Shown: positions 1 to 12,011 of the stretch, one piece after another
How positions within the stretch are numbered: the stretch's first letter is position 1
Layout: each line of letters starts with the position of its first letter
Source: Alkalispirochaeta sp.
GTDB lineage: Bacteria > Spirochaetota > Spirochaetia > DSM-27196 > Alkalispirochaetaceae
Direction: 5' to 3'
DNA length: 64,000 nt
Assembly: GCA_965601925.1 (NCBI GenBank)
Contig: OZ271854.1
Location: 2,144,001-2,208,000 of the forward strand
The notes under the pieces: model-generated
The model's input: the letters and a program-made list of their open reading frames with translations, nothing else
Database searches by the model: none
What the model was told of the DNA's origin: nothing
Translations under genes and position numbers: made by a program

Positions 1-273
1 AACGCCGTCACCCTCGAATCGACCGCGAGTTACGTAGGGCTGAGTCCCATCTATCTCAGTCGACTCTTTCGGAAGAAGACTGCGGAGAGCTTCATAGCAT
101 ATCTTCAGAGGTACCGAATGGAGAGGGCCAGAAATCTCCTTGAGAATCGGAAGCTGAAAGTTTACCAGATCTGTGAATTGGTCGGGTATCGGAATCTCAA
201 GCACTTCTACCGTACATTCAAACGGTATAACGGGTGCACGCCGACGGAGTATCGTAAGACGGTAACGTGGTGA
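1..273 (+). CDS. AraC-type HTH C-terminus of a YesN-like response regulator (5' part outside window)
   Basis: Frame +1 reads ...LSPIYLSRLFRKKTAESF..LQRYRMERARNLL...VGYRNLKHFYRTFKRYNGCTPTEYR; overlaps the start of the sensor kinase. Confidence 0.85.
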   Translation, partial: NAVTLESTASYVGLSPIYLSRLFRKKTAESFIAYLQRYRMERARNLLENRKLKVYQICELVGYRNLKHFYRTFKRYNGCTPTEYRKTVTW

Positions 274-2072
274 ACTACTTCCATCGAACCTGGTTTTACA
301 TTCGGCAGTTCAAGTTTCGCAGTCTCTTTGTAAACACGTTAATTTTGGTCTTGATCGTCGGAATGGTACCCTTTCTCTTCACGGCGATCGTCCTGTACCG
401 CAACTTTGAGGTTGCGCTCTTCGAGGAGATCGGAGCGGCGTCCGAGGCTCACGTGGTATCGGGCCGCACGATTTATGACATCCTTCTTTCAGATGTCGAT
501 CGCGTTGCGTACGCCTTGGTCGTCAACGATGCCGTTCGGCGGTTCATGCTCGACGACCCCGGCATCATTGACTGGGAGCGGCGACTCCTTCTGGAAGAGG
601 TGATAGCGGATCTCGTCACCGTTCAAGAGCCCTACGTGGACTCGATCTACGCGTACTCCCTCGAGCACGGCTACATCATAGCGTCCGACGCCGCGCGCGG
701 GCCGATCGACGATTTCTACGACGACGTCATTACCGACTCTCTCGTTGCGGAACTCAGGGATCAACCGCGCCTGATCGTCGTCAGGGAGAAGCCGGTCTCG
801 GCCGATAGCCGACGTACCGTGGCGGTGACCTCTTTTGTCTACTCCACCGCCCTTGCGCAGGGGAACTACTTCGGCGTGATCGTGGTCAACATCGACAACG
901 ATCGATTTCTTCGGATGGGACTCGATCTCGACCACGGCGGTAATCGACAGATCTATGTAACGCAACCGGACTCGACGGTACTGTTCAGTAGCGATATCTC
1001 CGCACTCGGCGGACCCATGGTGTCGGCGGACGCCACCTCGTGGCGAGCGCCGCCCGGTGAAGGCGCCGCAACGTGGACCATCGTCGAGGATCGCGTCTAC
1101 TCTTCCGCCCGATCGGCGCACAATGATTGGACCTATACCATCGTTTCGCCCCTCGACGCCTATCGGACCGCGACGAATCAGATACTCTCCGCCTCCACGA
1201 TCATCGCTGCGGTCGATCTCGTTATCATTCTGCTATTAGCGTTCCTCATTTCGGTTCGAATCTATAATCCGATTAGCGAACTCATTCGCATTATGGAAAA
1301 CGACGATGAGAGTCACGGTCTTTGGTTGGAGAAGGGTGCGCACGCAAACGAGATACACTACTTGGCACGAGGCATTTCGGAGTCTCTGCACGAGAAGCGG
1401 GAGATTCAGCAAGAGTTACTGGATCGAATGGCAACGTTGAAACGGGCCCAAGTCGAGGCGTTGCAAGCCCAAATAGAGCCGCATTTCCTACGAAACACCC
1501 TTAACACCATCCATTGGGCGGCGATCGGAATGTCCGGCGGCGACAACGAGGTCTCCCACATGGTCACCATTCTCAATGAAATGCTGGGACTCTCCATCGA
1601 TAGAAGCGACAACCTCATTCCCGCTACCAGCGAGCTCGATCACGCCGCACGCTATTTGGACCTGCAACGCTACCGCTACGGGAAGATGCTTTCGGTTTCT
1701 TGGGATATTCCAAGGACGTTCCGACGGTTTCGTTGTCTCAAGCTCTCTCTCCAGCCTCTTCTGGAAAATGCGATCTATCACGGAGTGAAGCCGTCGCGCC
1801 GACCGGCGACCATAACTATTACGGGCACGGTATCGGCAAGTCGGATATCGATCGCCGTCAGCGACGACGGTGTCGGCATGTCGGAAGCCAAAGTGGCCGA
1901 GGTACGGAGCCGGCTCCGTGACGGAACGACGCAGCGCGGTACCCAGGTCGGACTGAGCAACGTCCATCATCGTTTGCGGCTCCTCTTCGGTAGTTCCGGC
2001 GGAGTCGACGTAGAAAGTGTCCCCGACAAAGGCACGGTGGTGACGTTGGCGCTGCCGAAGATAAGAATGTAG
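267..2072 (+). CDS. YesM/LytS-like sensor histidine kinase
   Basis: Two TM segments flanking a Cache-like region; ALQAQIEPHFLRNTL, LQPLLENAIYHG, DDGVG, GLSNV motifs. Confidence 0.9.
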   Translation: MVNYFHRTWFYIRQFKFRSLFVNTLILVLIVGMVPFLFTAIVLYRNFEVALFEEIGAASEAHVVSGRTIYDILLSDVDRVAYALVVNDAVRRFMLDDPGIIDWERRLLLEEVIADLVTVQEPYVDSIYAYSLEHGYIIASDAARGPIDDFYDDVITDSLVAELRDQPRLIVVREKPVSADSRRTVAVTSFVYSTALAQGNYFGVIVVNIDNDRFLRMGLDLDHGGNRQIYVTQPDSTVLFSSDISALGGPMVSADATSWRAPPGEGAATWTIVEDRVYSSARSAHNDWTYTIVSPLDAYRTATNQILSASTIIAAVDLVIILLLAFLISVRIYNPISELIRIMENDDESHGLWLEKGAHANEIHYLARGISESLHEKREIQQELLDRMATLKRAQVEALQAQIEPHFLRNTLNTIHWAAIGMSGGDNEVSHMVTILNEMLGLSIDRSDNLIPATSELDHAARYLDLQRYRYGKMLSVSWDIPRTFRRFRCLKLSLQPLLENAIYHGVKPSRRPATITITGTVSASRISIAVSDDGVGMSEAKVAEVRSRLRDGTTQRGTQVGLSNVHHRLRLLFGSSGGVDVESVPDKGTVVTLALPKIRM

Positions 2073-2132
2073 CCCTACCGCAAATCTGCCCCCCTAAACT
2101 CGTATAATCCGCACCGTTTCGCGAATGGCAAA

Positions 2133-3091
2133 GTGGATCTACGCTTTCAGACAGCACTTGGAAGGAGGGCGTTCTCTTTGACGACCGCACGCCGACTATC
2201 TACACGCCTCCGTCGGTACAAATGGGTCTACCTGATCATGACCCCGGCAATTGCCTACCTCATTATCTATCGCTACGTTCCGATATACGGTATCGTTCTC
2301 GCCTTCAAGGACTATAAGGCGCCCCTGGGAATTCTGGGCAGTCCGTGGGTCGGTTTGGACCACTTTGCCCGGATGTTCAGTAACCCGAAGTTTGCCGAGG
2401 TACTGCGCAACACCTTCGTCATCAGCGCGGCAAAGATTCTCTTCGCCTTTCCGGCACCCATCATCTTTGCCCTGCTTCTCAACGAGGTGCGGATTCTTAA
2501 AGTGAAGCGCTCTCTCCAGACCTTGAGCTACCTGCCTCACTTTGTCTCGTGGGTCGTCGTAGGGGTGCTCGTACGCCGACTCCTGTCCATTAACGGCCCG
2601 GTCAATTTTCTCCGTATGGTCGCCGGCCAAGAGGCCGTCGTCTATCTGACCGATCCCTCCTTCTTCGTCCCTCTCGTCGTATTAACTGCGATCTGGCACA
2701 ACGTCGGATGGGGGTCGATTATCTATCTCGCCGCCATCTCCGGAATAGACCAGCAGCTCTACGAAGCTGCCCAGATCGACGGGTGTAGCAGGTTTCGGAA
2801 AATTCTCCACATAACACTTCCATCGCTGCTTCCGGTTATCGTGACCGTCTTTCTTTTGCGGCTCGGTTACATCATGAACGCCGGATTCGACCAAATCTTC
2901 AACCTCTACAACAGCTCCGTCTACAGTGTGGCCGACATACTCGACACGTACGCCTATCGGGTCGGCTTTATCCGCTTGGATTTTCCCTATTCCACCGCAA
3001 TCAACGTCTTCAAAAACGTGCTCGGGCTGGTTTTCCTGATAATCGTAAACAGGATCATCAGGTCCGGTGCAACCGAGGAGCGACAAGGCAT

Positions 3092-3098
<7 letters not shown>
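2133..3098 (+). CDS. Carbohydrate ABC transporter permease (LplB-like)
   Basis: SPWVGLDHF, LPHFVSWV, LYEAAQIDG (EAA loop); exact start uncertain. Confidence 0.9.
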
Positions 3099-3995
<897 letters not shown>

Positions 3996-4089
3996 CCATG
4001 AGATGTAAACGGTCCTGCGGATTGAACCCGAACGTGCGGGCGCACGGCGGTGTTCATGGGGAGGAAGTAGCTCAGAAAAGGAGGCTGGT

Positions 4090-5646
4090 ATGAGGCGTGT
4101 AACAATGGTTTTGCGGCTTGGGCTCTTTGCCGCTATGGTCGCTACGTTCTTGTGGTCGTGCGGTGAAGCCGAACCGGAAGCGACGACGGAGGGACCTCTC
4201 CGCGTTACGTGGCTGGGACACAACCCGCGCGGATTTGTCAACGAACAGGATACCGAGGTGGAGCGCTATTTGGAGGAACGGTTCGATCTGGAGATCGATC
4301 TGATCCAGGTAGATAAGTACAACTTCGACGCGGTCAACGTGCATCTCGCAGTCCACGAGCCGCCGGATATCATGGACGGTCTGACCCACGAGGCGGACGG
4401 TCTGCTCAACTTGGTCAATCTCGGCGTCGTTCGGCCGATCACCCGTGAAATGATTCGAGAGCACGCTCCGGGTATCTACGCTCAAATCGAGCGGTACAGC
4501 CCGGTGAAGGCGTGGGCCGACGTCACGGTGGAGGGAGAGATCTACGCCGTGCCCACCATCAATCTCGCCGTCGCCGGGGGTACCGCCTTTGCGATCCGTT
4601 CCGACTGGGTCGAGGCGGCGGGTGTTACCGACCCGTTGGAGATCGATACGATCGACGAGTTTGAAGCGATGCTCATCGCTATGCGCGACGCCGACCCCAA
4701 CGGCAACGGTAGGATGGATGAGTACCCGATCTCCATCTTCACGCAAAACCATAAGCTCAATCAAACCTTTATGAGCGTCTTCGGCGCGTACGGACTACGG
4801 CCGTCGGACTGGACCGAGGAGGATGGACGACTCGTGTACAACCACGTCCACGACCACTACCGGGAGATGCTCGAACGGCTCCGTAGCTGGTACGAGCGGG
4901 GCCTGATTGAGCGCGAGTTTGTACTCGACGGCCGTGCCGAGGTGCAGACAAAGATGCTCTCCGACCTCGTCGGCGGCTACGAGGAGACATCCGCATGGAT
5001 ACAACGCGGCGCCCAGGGTCCCTTTTCGATCCTCGCCGAACAGGGGGTAGAGCCCGCGTTCTTTCCCTCGTTGCGGGGGCCCTACGGAGAGGGCGGATAC
5101 GGTCGAAACGCCTCGTTTGGGCGCAAGCTCACCTTCGGGATAAACACCAGTGACGAGGCGGTTGCTCGGTTGCTGTCCGTCATGGACGAGATTCTCACCG
5201 ATCCGGAACTCTACGCGCGTGTGCTGTGGGGTGTCGAAGGGGTCGATTACACCGTCGACGACGATGGGGTCATTCAACCGATAGCGGAGCGCCAAACGGC
5301 CGAGGCGCGAGCACAGGACGCGCGCCAGGCGTTTCTTATGATCAACTGGATTGCCGATCAAAACATCCCCGTTCGGTTCAACGTCGATCGGCTGGAGGCG
5401 CACCGACACCTCGAAGAGAACACCGTGCAGATGTACGAGACCTTGATCAATCCACCGAATCCCGAGATTGCCGACCGGTTCTTTCAGGTAGCGGAAGATC
5501 TTCGCCCCATGGAAGAGGAGTTTTTCTACAAGAGCATTATCGGCACGGTAGACATCGGCGCGGAGTGGGACGACTACGTCGCCTCTTGGTACGCCTCGGG
5601 CGGCGAACAGTTGACCGAGTGGGCCAACGAGGCTCACTTCCGGTAG
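4090..5646 (+). CDS. ABC transporter extracellular solute-binding lipoprotein
   Basis: Lipobox-like LWSC; IRSDW, DADPNGNG..DEYP, WDDYVASW motifs; follows the permeases. Confidence 0.88.
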   Translation: MRRVTMVLRLGLFAAMVATFLWSCGEAEPEATTEGPLRVTWLGHNPRGFVNEQDTEVERYLEERFDLEIDLIQVDKYNFDAVNVHLAVHEPPDIMDGLTHEADGLLNLVNLGVVRPITREMIREHAPGIYAQIERYSPVKAWADVTVEGEIYAVPTINLAVAGGTAFAIRSDWVEAAGVTDPLEIDTIDEFEAMLIAMRDADPNGNGRMDEYPISIFTQNHKLNQTFMSVFGAYGLRPSDWTEEDGRLVYNHVHDHYREMLERLRSWYERGLIEREFVLDGRAEVQTKMLSDLVGGYEETSAWIQRGAQGPFSILAEQGVEPAFFPSLRGPYGEGGYGRNASFGRKLTFGINTSDEAVARLLSVMDEILTDPELYARVLWGVEGVDYTVDDDGVIQPIAERQTAEARAQDARQAFLMINWIADQNIPVRFNVDRLEAHRHLEENTVQMYETLINPPNPEIADRFFQVAEDLRPMEEEFFYKSIIGTVDIGAEWDDYVASWYASGGEQLTEWANEAHFR

Positions 5647-5741
5647 AGGAAATTTGTGGGCTGTGGGGCGGGGCCGCTGAGCCGCTTCTTCTCGAGGCGG
5701 CGCACTCGCGGCTCCCGCCGGCGAGTCGATAGAGAGATGGA

Positions 5742-6665
5742 GTGAGACGGTTGCTCGTAGATGGATTTGTGGCGGCGCCCTTTGCGCCGATGAATCGTGA
5801 CGGTTCCATTCATACGGCCCTTATTGAGCGGTATGCTGCGCATCTGGCCGCGAACGGTGTCGTCGGGGTCTTTGTCAACGGTACCACCGGGGAGGGATAC
5901 TCGCTCTCTCTCAAGGAGCGAAAGGCGATCGCCGAGGCGTGGATGGCGGCCGGTTCGCCGCCGTTTCGCGTGATGGTTCACGTCGGCGCCGAGTCGGGAT
6001 CGGATGCAAGAGAGCTTGCCGCGCACGCCCGATCGATCGGAGCGGCGGCGGTGGGCGCGATGGGACCGGTCTTCTTCAAGTCGGATGTGGACGGGTTGGT
6101 CGGTTGGTGCCGGGAGGTGGCGGCGGCCGCGCCGGACCTGCCGTTTTACTATTATCACATCCCCGCGATGAACGGCACGACCGGTCCCTTCATCGACCTG
6201 TTGCATCGCTGCATCGCCGAGATTCCGACCTTTCGCGGCGTCAAGTACACCCACGACGACCTCGTCGAGTATCGTCACTGTCTGGAGCTTTCCGGAGGGC
6301 GGCTCGACCTCTTTTTCGGTCGTGATGAAATTCTGCTTCCGGCGCTGTCGCTCGGAGCCAGGAGTATGGTCGGGAGCACCTACAACTACGCGATGGCCCT
6401 CCACGGTGAGTTGGCGGCGCGGTTCGCCTCCGGCGACCTCACCGGCGCCCAAGATGCGCAGGCAAAAGTCATGCGTCTGGTCCGGCTCCTCGATCGTCAC
6501 GGCGGCGGACTGGTCTGCGGCAAAGCTCTTATGCGCGGCGTCGGGCTCGATCTCGGACCTTGTCGACTCCCGAATAGGACGCTCTCGGAGGAGGAGACGG
6601 CCGACGTTGTGGCCGCGGCGACTCAGATTGGGGTTTTTGCTCATAAGTCCGGGGCGGACGCATGA
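5742..6665 (+). CDS. N-acetylneuraminate lyase / DHDPS-family aldolase
   Basis: NGTTGEG, FYYYHIP, GVKYT (Schiff-base Lys), VGSTYN. Confidence 0.85.
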   Translation: MRRLLVDGFVAAPFAPMNRDGSIHTALIERYAAHLAANGVVGVFVNGTTGEGYSLSLKERKAIAEAWMAAGSPPFRVMVHVGAESGSDARELAAHARSIGAAAVGAMGPVFFKSDVDGLVGWCREVAAAAPDLPFYYYHIPAMNGTTGPFIDLLHRCIAEIPTFRGVKYTHDDLVEYRHCLELSGGRLDLFFGRDEILLPALSLGARSMVGSTYNYAMALHGELAARFASGDLTGAQDAQAKVMRLVRLLDRHGGGLVCGKALMRGVGLDLGPCRLPNRTLSEEETADVVAAATQIGVFAHKSGADA

Positions 6666-8080
6666 GGAGCGATCGGCCGAACGTTCTTTGGATCTGCACC
6701 GACCAGCAGCGATACGACACGATTCACGCCCTGGGAAACCGGTCGATTCGCACGCCGAACCTCGACCGCCTCTGTCGCGAGGGGACCGCCTTCTCTCACG
6801 TTTACTGTCAAAGCCCTATTTGTACGCCGAGCCGTGGGAGCTTCATGACGGGGCTCTACCCCTCGGCTATTCATTCGGTCATCAACGGCAACCGCCGGCT
6901 CAACCTGCCCGAGGGCGCGACGCTCATCTCTCGACATTTCGCCGACCACCGTTACACCTGTGGACTTGTCGGCAAGCTCCATCTCGCTTCACCCTGGGAA
7001 GGACACGAGCAACGGATCGACGACGGGTACCAAGAGTTTTTCCATAGCCTCTCACCGGGACAGCTCATGGACTCGGACAACGCCTACACCGATTGGCTGG
7101 CGGAGAGGGGTATGCTGGATGCGGTCCTCGATCAGTCGGAGCGGGACGACGTCCGGAGGACGGGAGTGCACTACCGCGAAAACGTCCCATTCGAGTGGCA
7201 CCAGACCAGCTGGTGTGCCACGACGGCGATCGACTTCATCGAGCGTCGTTCCGGGACACCTCGGTTTATCAGCGTTAACCCGTTCGACCCCCATCCACCA
7301 GCGGACGCGCCGGCCGATTTTCGCTCCCACTACGAAACCTCGGAGCTTCCCCCGCCCCTCTTTGCGGAGTCCGATCTGGAGGTACAACGGCGACTGGCGG
7401 GCTATTACTTTCAGACGGAGCCGCGTCGGCCCGACGATCGCCATCTATGGGAGAAAGCCTCGTACTACGGAGAAATAGAGCTTATCGATCGAAACGTCGG
7501 GAGACTGTTGGACGCTTTGGAAGAGTGCGGAGAGCGGGAAAATACGATTGTCATTTTTATGTCGGACCATGGGGAGACGCTCGGAGATCACGGATTGACC
7601 CTGAAGGGGTGTCGATTTTACGAAGGGCTGGTGCGGGTACCGCTCATCGTTTCTTGGCCGGGGGTGTTCCAAAAGGGGGTCGTTGCCGAGGGTCTCGTCG
7701 AGCTCACCGATATCGCGCCGACCCTTGCCGAGGTCATCGGAGCGCCCATGGAGTGGACCCAAGGCCGATCCCTACTGCCCATACTCCTCGGTCGTGCGTC
7801 GCCGGACCGCCATCGCGACTTCGTCCGGTGCGAGTATCAAGACGCCTTAAACGACTCGGGATCGTATGCCACGATGTATCGTGAGGCGCGCTACAAACTC
7901 TCCGTTTATCACGGAATCGACTACGGCGAGTTGTACGATTTGGAACGGGACCCCGATGAGTTCGACAATCTGTGGGAGAATCCCGCCTATCGCGATATCA
8001 AACACCGCCTTACCAAGGCGAGCTTCGACGCCAGCATGGTGATCGCCGATTCGGGATCCAAACGTATCGGTCGGTTCTAA
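6662..8080 (+). CDS. Cys-type (formylglycine) sulfatase
   Basis: PNVLWICTDQQR, CTPSRGSFMTG (CxPxR), GKLH, SDHG, ELYDL. Confidence 0.92.
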   Translation: MRSDRPNVLWICTDQQRYDTIHALGNRSIRTPNLDRLCREGTAFSHVYCQSPICTPSRGSFMTGLYPSAIHSVINGNRRLNLPEGATLISRHFADHRYTCGLVGKLHLASPWEGHEQRIDDGYQEFFHSLSPGQLMDSDNAYTDWLAERGMLDAVLDQSERDDVRRTGVHYRENVPFEWHQTSWCATTAIDFIERRSGTPRFISVNPFDPHPPADAPADFRSHYETSELPPPLFAESDLEVQRRLAGYYFQTEPRRPDDRHLWEKASYYGEIELIDRNVGRLLDALEECGERENTIVIFMSDHGETLGDHGLTLKGCRFYEGLVRVPLIVSWPGVFQKGVVAEGLVELTDIAPTLAEVIGAPMEWTQGRSLLPILLGRASPDRHRDFVRCEYQDALNDSGSYATMYREARYKLSVYHGIDYGELYDLERDPDEFDNLWENPAYRDIKHRLTKASFDASMVIADSGSKRIGRF

Positions 8081-8152
8081 GGGATGCCCGGTAGCACGGC
8101 GCTAAACGTAAGCCGTGCCTTCCCATCCGCAAAAGGAGCTTCGAGAAGCGTG

Positions 8153-8911
8153 TTACCAGCGGATTCCACCGTTGCTGTACAAGACCTGTCCGTTTATCCA
8201 CTCACCCGATTTGGAACAGAGAAATGCAGCCAAGTTTGCCGCATCCCGGGGCGTTGCCACCCGTTTCTGAAACGTTTTCTCCGCTACCTCCCGTTTGAGC
8301 TCCTCATCCATCCATCCCGTGTCGGTTGCTCCCGGATTGATCACATTGGCCACGATTTTTTTGTCCCGTAGCTCATCCGCCGCCGCAATGACGATCCGGT
8401 CCAGAGCTCCTTTGGAGGCGCCGTAGGGTAGATTGAAGGACGTATGGTCGCTGGTTAATGCGATAATTCTGCCGGGGCGATCCCGATAGCGGAACCGTAG
8501 GGCAAATTCCCGTATTAACAACCATGAGGCTCTGACGTTGACGGAAAAATGCCGATCGAAGTTCTCTAAGGTGGTGGTGATGATGTCGCTGTCAACGGAG
8601 TAACAGTGGGAGAGGATTAATGCGGAGACGCGGGATACGTTCCTCTCCACCGAGTCGAACAGTTGCGCCGGCGCTTGAGGATCGGATAAATCAGCCTCTA
8701 CCGCGAAGAATCTACCGCCGTTCTTCTGAATCCTTTCCGCAAGATCATGTACATCTTCCTCCCGGCCGCCCCACGGCATAGATCTGTCGTAATCGGTCCA
8801 GTAGGTAACGGCGATGTCCCATCCGTTTTCCGCTAGCTCCGCGGCGATAGCGGCGCCGATTCCGATGCTTCGGCTTGCTCCCGTGACCAGCGCGACCGGC
8901 TTTGGAGTCAT
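8153..8911 (-). CDS. Short-chain dehydrogenase/reductase
   Basis: VTGASRSIGIG, YGASK, NPGATDTGW. Confidence 0.9.
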   Translation of the reverse strand: MTPKPVALVTGASRSIGIGAAIAAELAENGWDIAVTYWTDYDRSMPWGGREEDVHDLAERIQKNGGRFFAVEADLSDPQAPAQLFDSVERNVSRVSALILSHCYSVDSDIITTTLENFDRHFSVNVRASWLLIREFALRFRYRDRPGRIIALTSDHTSFNLPYGASKGALDRIVIAAADELRDKKIVANVINPGATDTGWMDEELKREVAEKTFQKRVATPRDAANLAAFLCSKSGEWINGQVLYSNGGIRW

Positions 8912-9149
8912 AAACGCCTCGATTTGATGAAGTATGTACGCTCGCAATCGATAAAAGAAGACCACGGCGGTGACACAAAAACTACCATTTCATCTTCGCA
9001 CTCCGCAAGAACTGTCTGTGGTGCGGCGGTGGCGCCACCCTTTCACGGCAACGCCGGTTTGTACTGATTGGTACTCTGGTTTACAGTTAACACCGTCGTC
9101 CCCGAGACGCGTCGGGGCCGGCCGAACGCACGTGAGGAGAGACGCGCCT

Positions 9150-9803
9150 ATGAATGCCACGGTTGTATTGGTCGCAATAACGATCGGTTTGTCGCTCTCT
9201 GCCGTCGCCGCTGTGCGGCACGCGCGACGGAATCCACGTATCGACACGATCGACGAAATGCGGCGGCTTGCGGCTGCTGAAGGCTGGTCGTTTATCGAGC
9301 CGGCAGGCGGTGACCGCGTCTTTGTCGTCGCGCACGACGATTGGGAGTTGGTAGGATTGTTTTTCCGCGGCGGTAACCGCGCCGTGGTTGCGAGCAACCA
9401 CCACACCCAGTGGAGCGCGCCGTATAGCGGCCCGGACGCGGTCATGCTCGGACCCAAGTTGCCGCGCGCCGTGGCGCGCCTGGATTTGGGCGACAGTCGA
9501 GTACAATCTGTCCTCAGGCCGCTTCTGGGCGATCGAGTCGCACTACTCGCCGGCGCACAACGTATGACCGAGGTTGGTGACGATCAGTTCAACCGCTATT
9601 TCGACGTGATTGCCACCGACCGAACGGCGGCCGAGCGGATTGTCGGTGACGGAGCGCGTTGGACCCGGTTGCGCGAACAACTGCCCGCCCCTCCGGTAGC
9701 CTTCATCGGCAACGGCGAGGTCACAATCTTGATGCGTCGCAAGCTTCTTACCCGGCAGCAGGCGCGGGCAATCGTCGAAGTCGGATCGGCGTTACTACGG
9801 TAG
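9150..9803 (+). CDS. Hypothetical membrane-anchored protein
   Basis: AGGAG RBS before ATG 9150; N-terminal hydrophobic helix. Confidence 0.6.
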   Translation: MNATVVLVAITIGLSLSAVAAVRHARRNPRIDTIDEMRRLAAAEGWSFIEPAGGDRVFVVAHDDWELVGLFFRGGNRAVVASNHHTQWSAPYSGPDAVMLGPKLPRAVARLDLGDSRVQSVLRPLLGDRVALLAGAQRMTEVGDDQFNRYFDVIATDRTAAERIVGDGARWTRLREQLPAPPVAFIGNGEVTILMRRKLLTRQQARAIVEVGSALLR

Positions 9804-10020
9804 AGCGGCGCGGAGGAAAAGAAGGCTGAGTTTCTCAGGAGTAGAGAACCCTTCGTCGTTTTAAACCTCGATGCGTTAATGTTGTACGTCATAGTGCGCG
9901 CGCACATCCGCGCGGCGAGTCATCCGGTTGGGATGTCGAGATCACTCGGATGACCTTCGCCTCGCTGAAATGATCAAAGAAATACTTGACTGATCGGTTC
10001 CGAATTTCTATCTTCAATCC

Positions 10021-10602
10021 ATGGCGCGGCCACGGGAATTTGACGAAGACCACGCGGTGGACTGTGCGCTCCACGCGTTCTGGCGGAACGGCTACGGGGC
10101 GACGTCCCTCCCGGACTTGCTTGAGGCCATGCGACTCTCTCGTGGGAGCCTCTACAAGGCGTTCGGTGACAAACACACGCTCTATCTGCGCGCGTTGGAG
10201 CGATATCTGATCGATGCACGTCGAGAGCTCGCTCGGACGTTGAACGAGGATCCTTCGGCACGCCACGCCGTTCGCGCATGGCTGATGAGGGTGGCGGAGA
10301 TGGCGACCGGAACGGACGTTCGACGCGGCTGTTTCGCCGTCAACAGCGAAGTGGAGCTGGGACCGCGCGACGGCGACGTGCGCTCGCTGCTTCATGAGCA
10401 CAATCATGCTATCGAAGAAATCGTGGCGAGCACGCTTCGTCGGGGTATCGCATCGGGAGAGATTGGATCGGATATCTCGCCCGAGGCGGTGGCACGAACG
10501 CTACGTCTGTTGACTTCGGGGCTGCAAGTGGGCGGAAAGTCGACTCTGAACGCGGAAGAAGCGACCCAGAGCGTAGAAACCGCCTTGCGGTTGCTGGAGT
10601 GA
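10021..10602 (+). CDS. TetR family regulator (NemR/ComR-like)
   Basis: MARPREFD, GYGATS, SRGSLYKAFGDK, RGCF motifs. Confidence 0.92.
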   Translation: MARPREFDEDHAVDCALHAFWRNGYGATSLPDLLEAMRLSRGSLYKAFGDKHTLYLRALERYLIDARRELARTLNEDPSARHAVRAWLMRVAEMATGTDVRRGCFAVNSEVELGPRDGDVRSLLHEHNHAIEEIVASTLRRGIASGEIGSDISPEAVARTLRLLTSGLQVGGKSTLNAEEATQSVETALRLLE

Positions 10603-10646
10603 TTTTTTTTGGATTAAAAGGGACCATTCGGTTCCTAATATAGTAA

Positions 10647-10666
10647 TAGAAACCGATTGGTTTCTA
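10647..10666. promoter_or_regulatory. Putative TetR operator
   Basis: Near-perfect palindrome TAGAAACCGATTGGTTTCTA just upstream of the SDR RBS; related ATCGGTTCC/TTCGGTTCC half-sites at ~9993 and ~10627. Confidence 0.6.
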
Positions 10667-10681
10667 AAAAAGGAGCTCACT

Positions 10682-11425
10682 ATGAGCAGATTCGAGAATA
10701 AGAGAGTGGTCGTGACCGGCGGTACGAGCGGCATCGGCAAGGCTACGGCGGCACGCTTGGTGAAAGAGGGCGCAAGGGTGCTCGTTACGGGAACTGCGGC
10801 ATCGCGTTTGCAGGACGTTCGTGACGAACTTGGCGTGGTTGCGATCGAGAACGATGCGGGTGACGCAGACGGGGCGAAGGCACTCGCGCTTGCCGTGAAA
10901 GAGCATTTGGGCGGGGTCGACGCCGTGTTCGTGAACGCCGGCTTCGGTGAGTTTTCGCCGGTGACCGAGTTCACCGTCGATTCTTTCGACCGACAGTTCA
11001 GTGTCAATCTTCGCGGGCCCCTTCTTCAGATTCAGGCTCTGGCGGAGCTGCTTTCGGACGGCGGTTCGATCGTCTTCAACACGTCGGTGGTTAATCGCGT
11101 GGGCATGGCCGGGGCGAGTGTCTACGGTGCCACAAAGGCGGCTCTGCGCCACTCGACCCGCGTTCTCGCAGCCGAGCTCGCTCCGAGAGGGATTCGCGTC
11201 AACGCAGTGAGTCCAGGCCCGATCGATACGAACTTTTTCTCACGTACCGGCATGCCGGAAGAAGCCATTCAAGGCATGGCCGCTCAGATTCTATCTCAGG
11301 TGCCGTTGGGCCGTTTCGGCACGGCCGACGATGTAGCTGCGGTGGCAACCTTCCTGTTATCCGACGACGCTGCGTTCGTGACCGGCTCGGAGTACGCGGT
11401 CGACGGCGGGATGACCGAGGTCTGA
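10682..11425 (+). CDS. Short-chain dehydrogenase/reductase
   Basis: TGGTSGIG, VNAG, YGATK, SPGPIDT, VDGG. Confidence 0.93.
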   Translation: MSRFENKRVVVTGGTSGIGKATAARLVKEGARVLVTGTAASRLQDVRDELGVVAIENDAGDADGAKALALAVKEHLGGVDAVFVNAGFGEFSPVTEFTVDSFDRQFSVNLRGPLLQIQALAELLSDGGSIVFNTSVVNRVGMAGASVYGATKAALRHSTRVLAAELAPRGIRVNAVSPGPIDTNFFSRTGMPEEAIQGMAAQILSQVPLGRFGTADDVAAVATFLLSDDAAFVTGSEYAVDGGMTEV

Positions 11426-12011
11426 CGTCGACCCGACGGGATCGAGCACTTCCTTTCGCCCCGCCCCGGAGCCCGACGCCGGATCGGCGGCGATTGGATC
11501 GGTGCAGATTCGGCTTTGGATTCCACGGCCCGTTTGCCGACAGTCAATCCGGCGTGTGATGTCCCCGATTTTGCTCGCATGACGATTGCGTGAGCCGCCG
11601 GCTACGTCGGCGAACATGGTGAACCGATTGGCGCGGTAATTGCCGGGCGCAGTCGCTGAACGGCTCATAATCCAAAGAGTGGCCTCACGTCCATCTTACG
11701 ACGGCGGCGTGCCGGTGATGGGATATTGTATGATAAACCGCCCGACGGACGTCCATGAAAATGACCATTCGTCGAACCGTGTGGTGCCGGCGTTTCCCGT
11801 TCCAACACGACGACCACTGGTCCATGTTGAACACACAACTACGCGACGCCGTTGACCACCACTTTCTTGACTACTTGGCGGATGGATCGTTTTGTTGAGA
11901 TCTTTCTCCGTCGTGGCCTCCGAGGTTGGCGGCTGTCCCGATATCCACCGACGAACAGCGTTGCGGTCCCCTGAACGGAATGATCGATAATCGGTGTGCT
12001 ATACTCCGCCG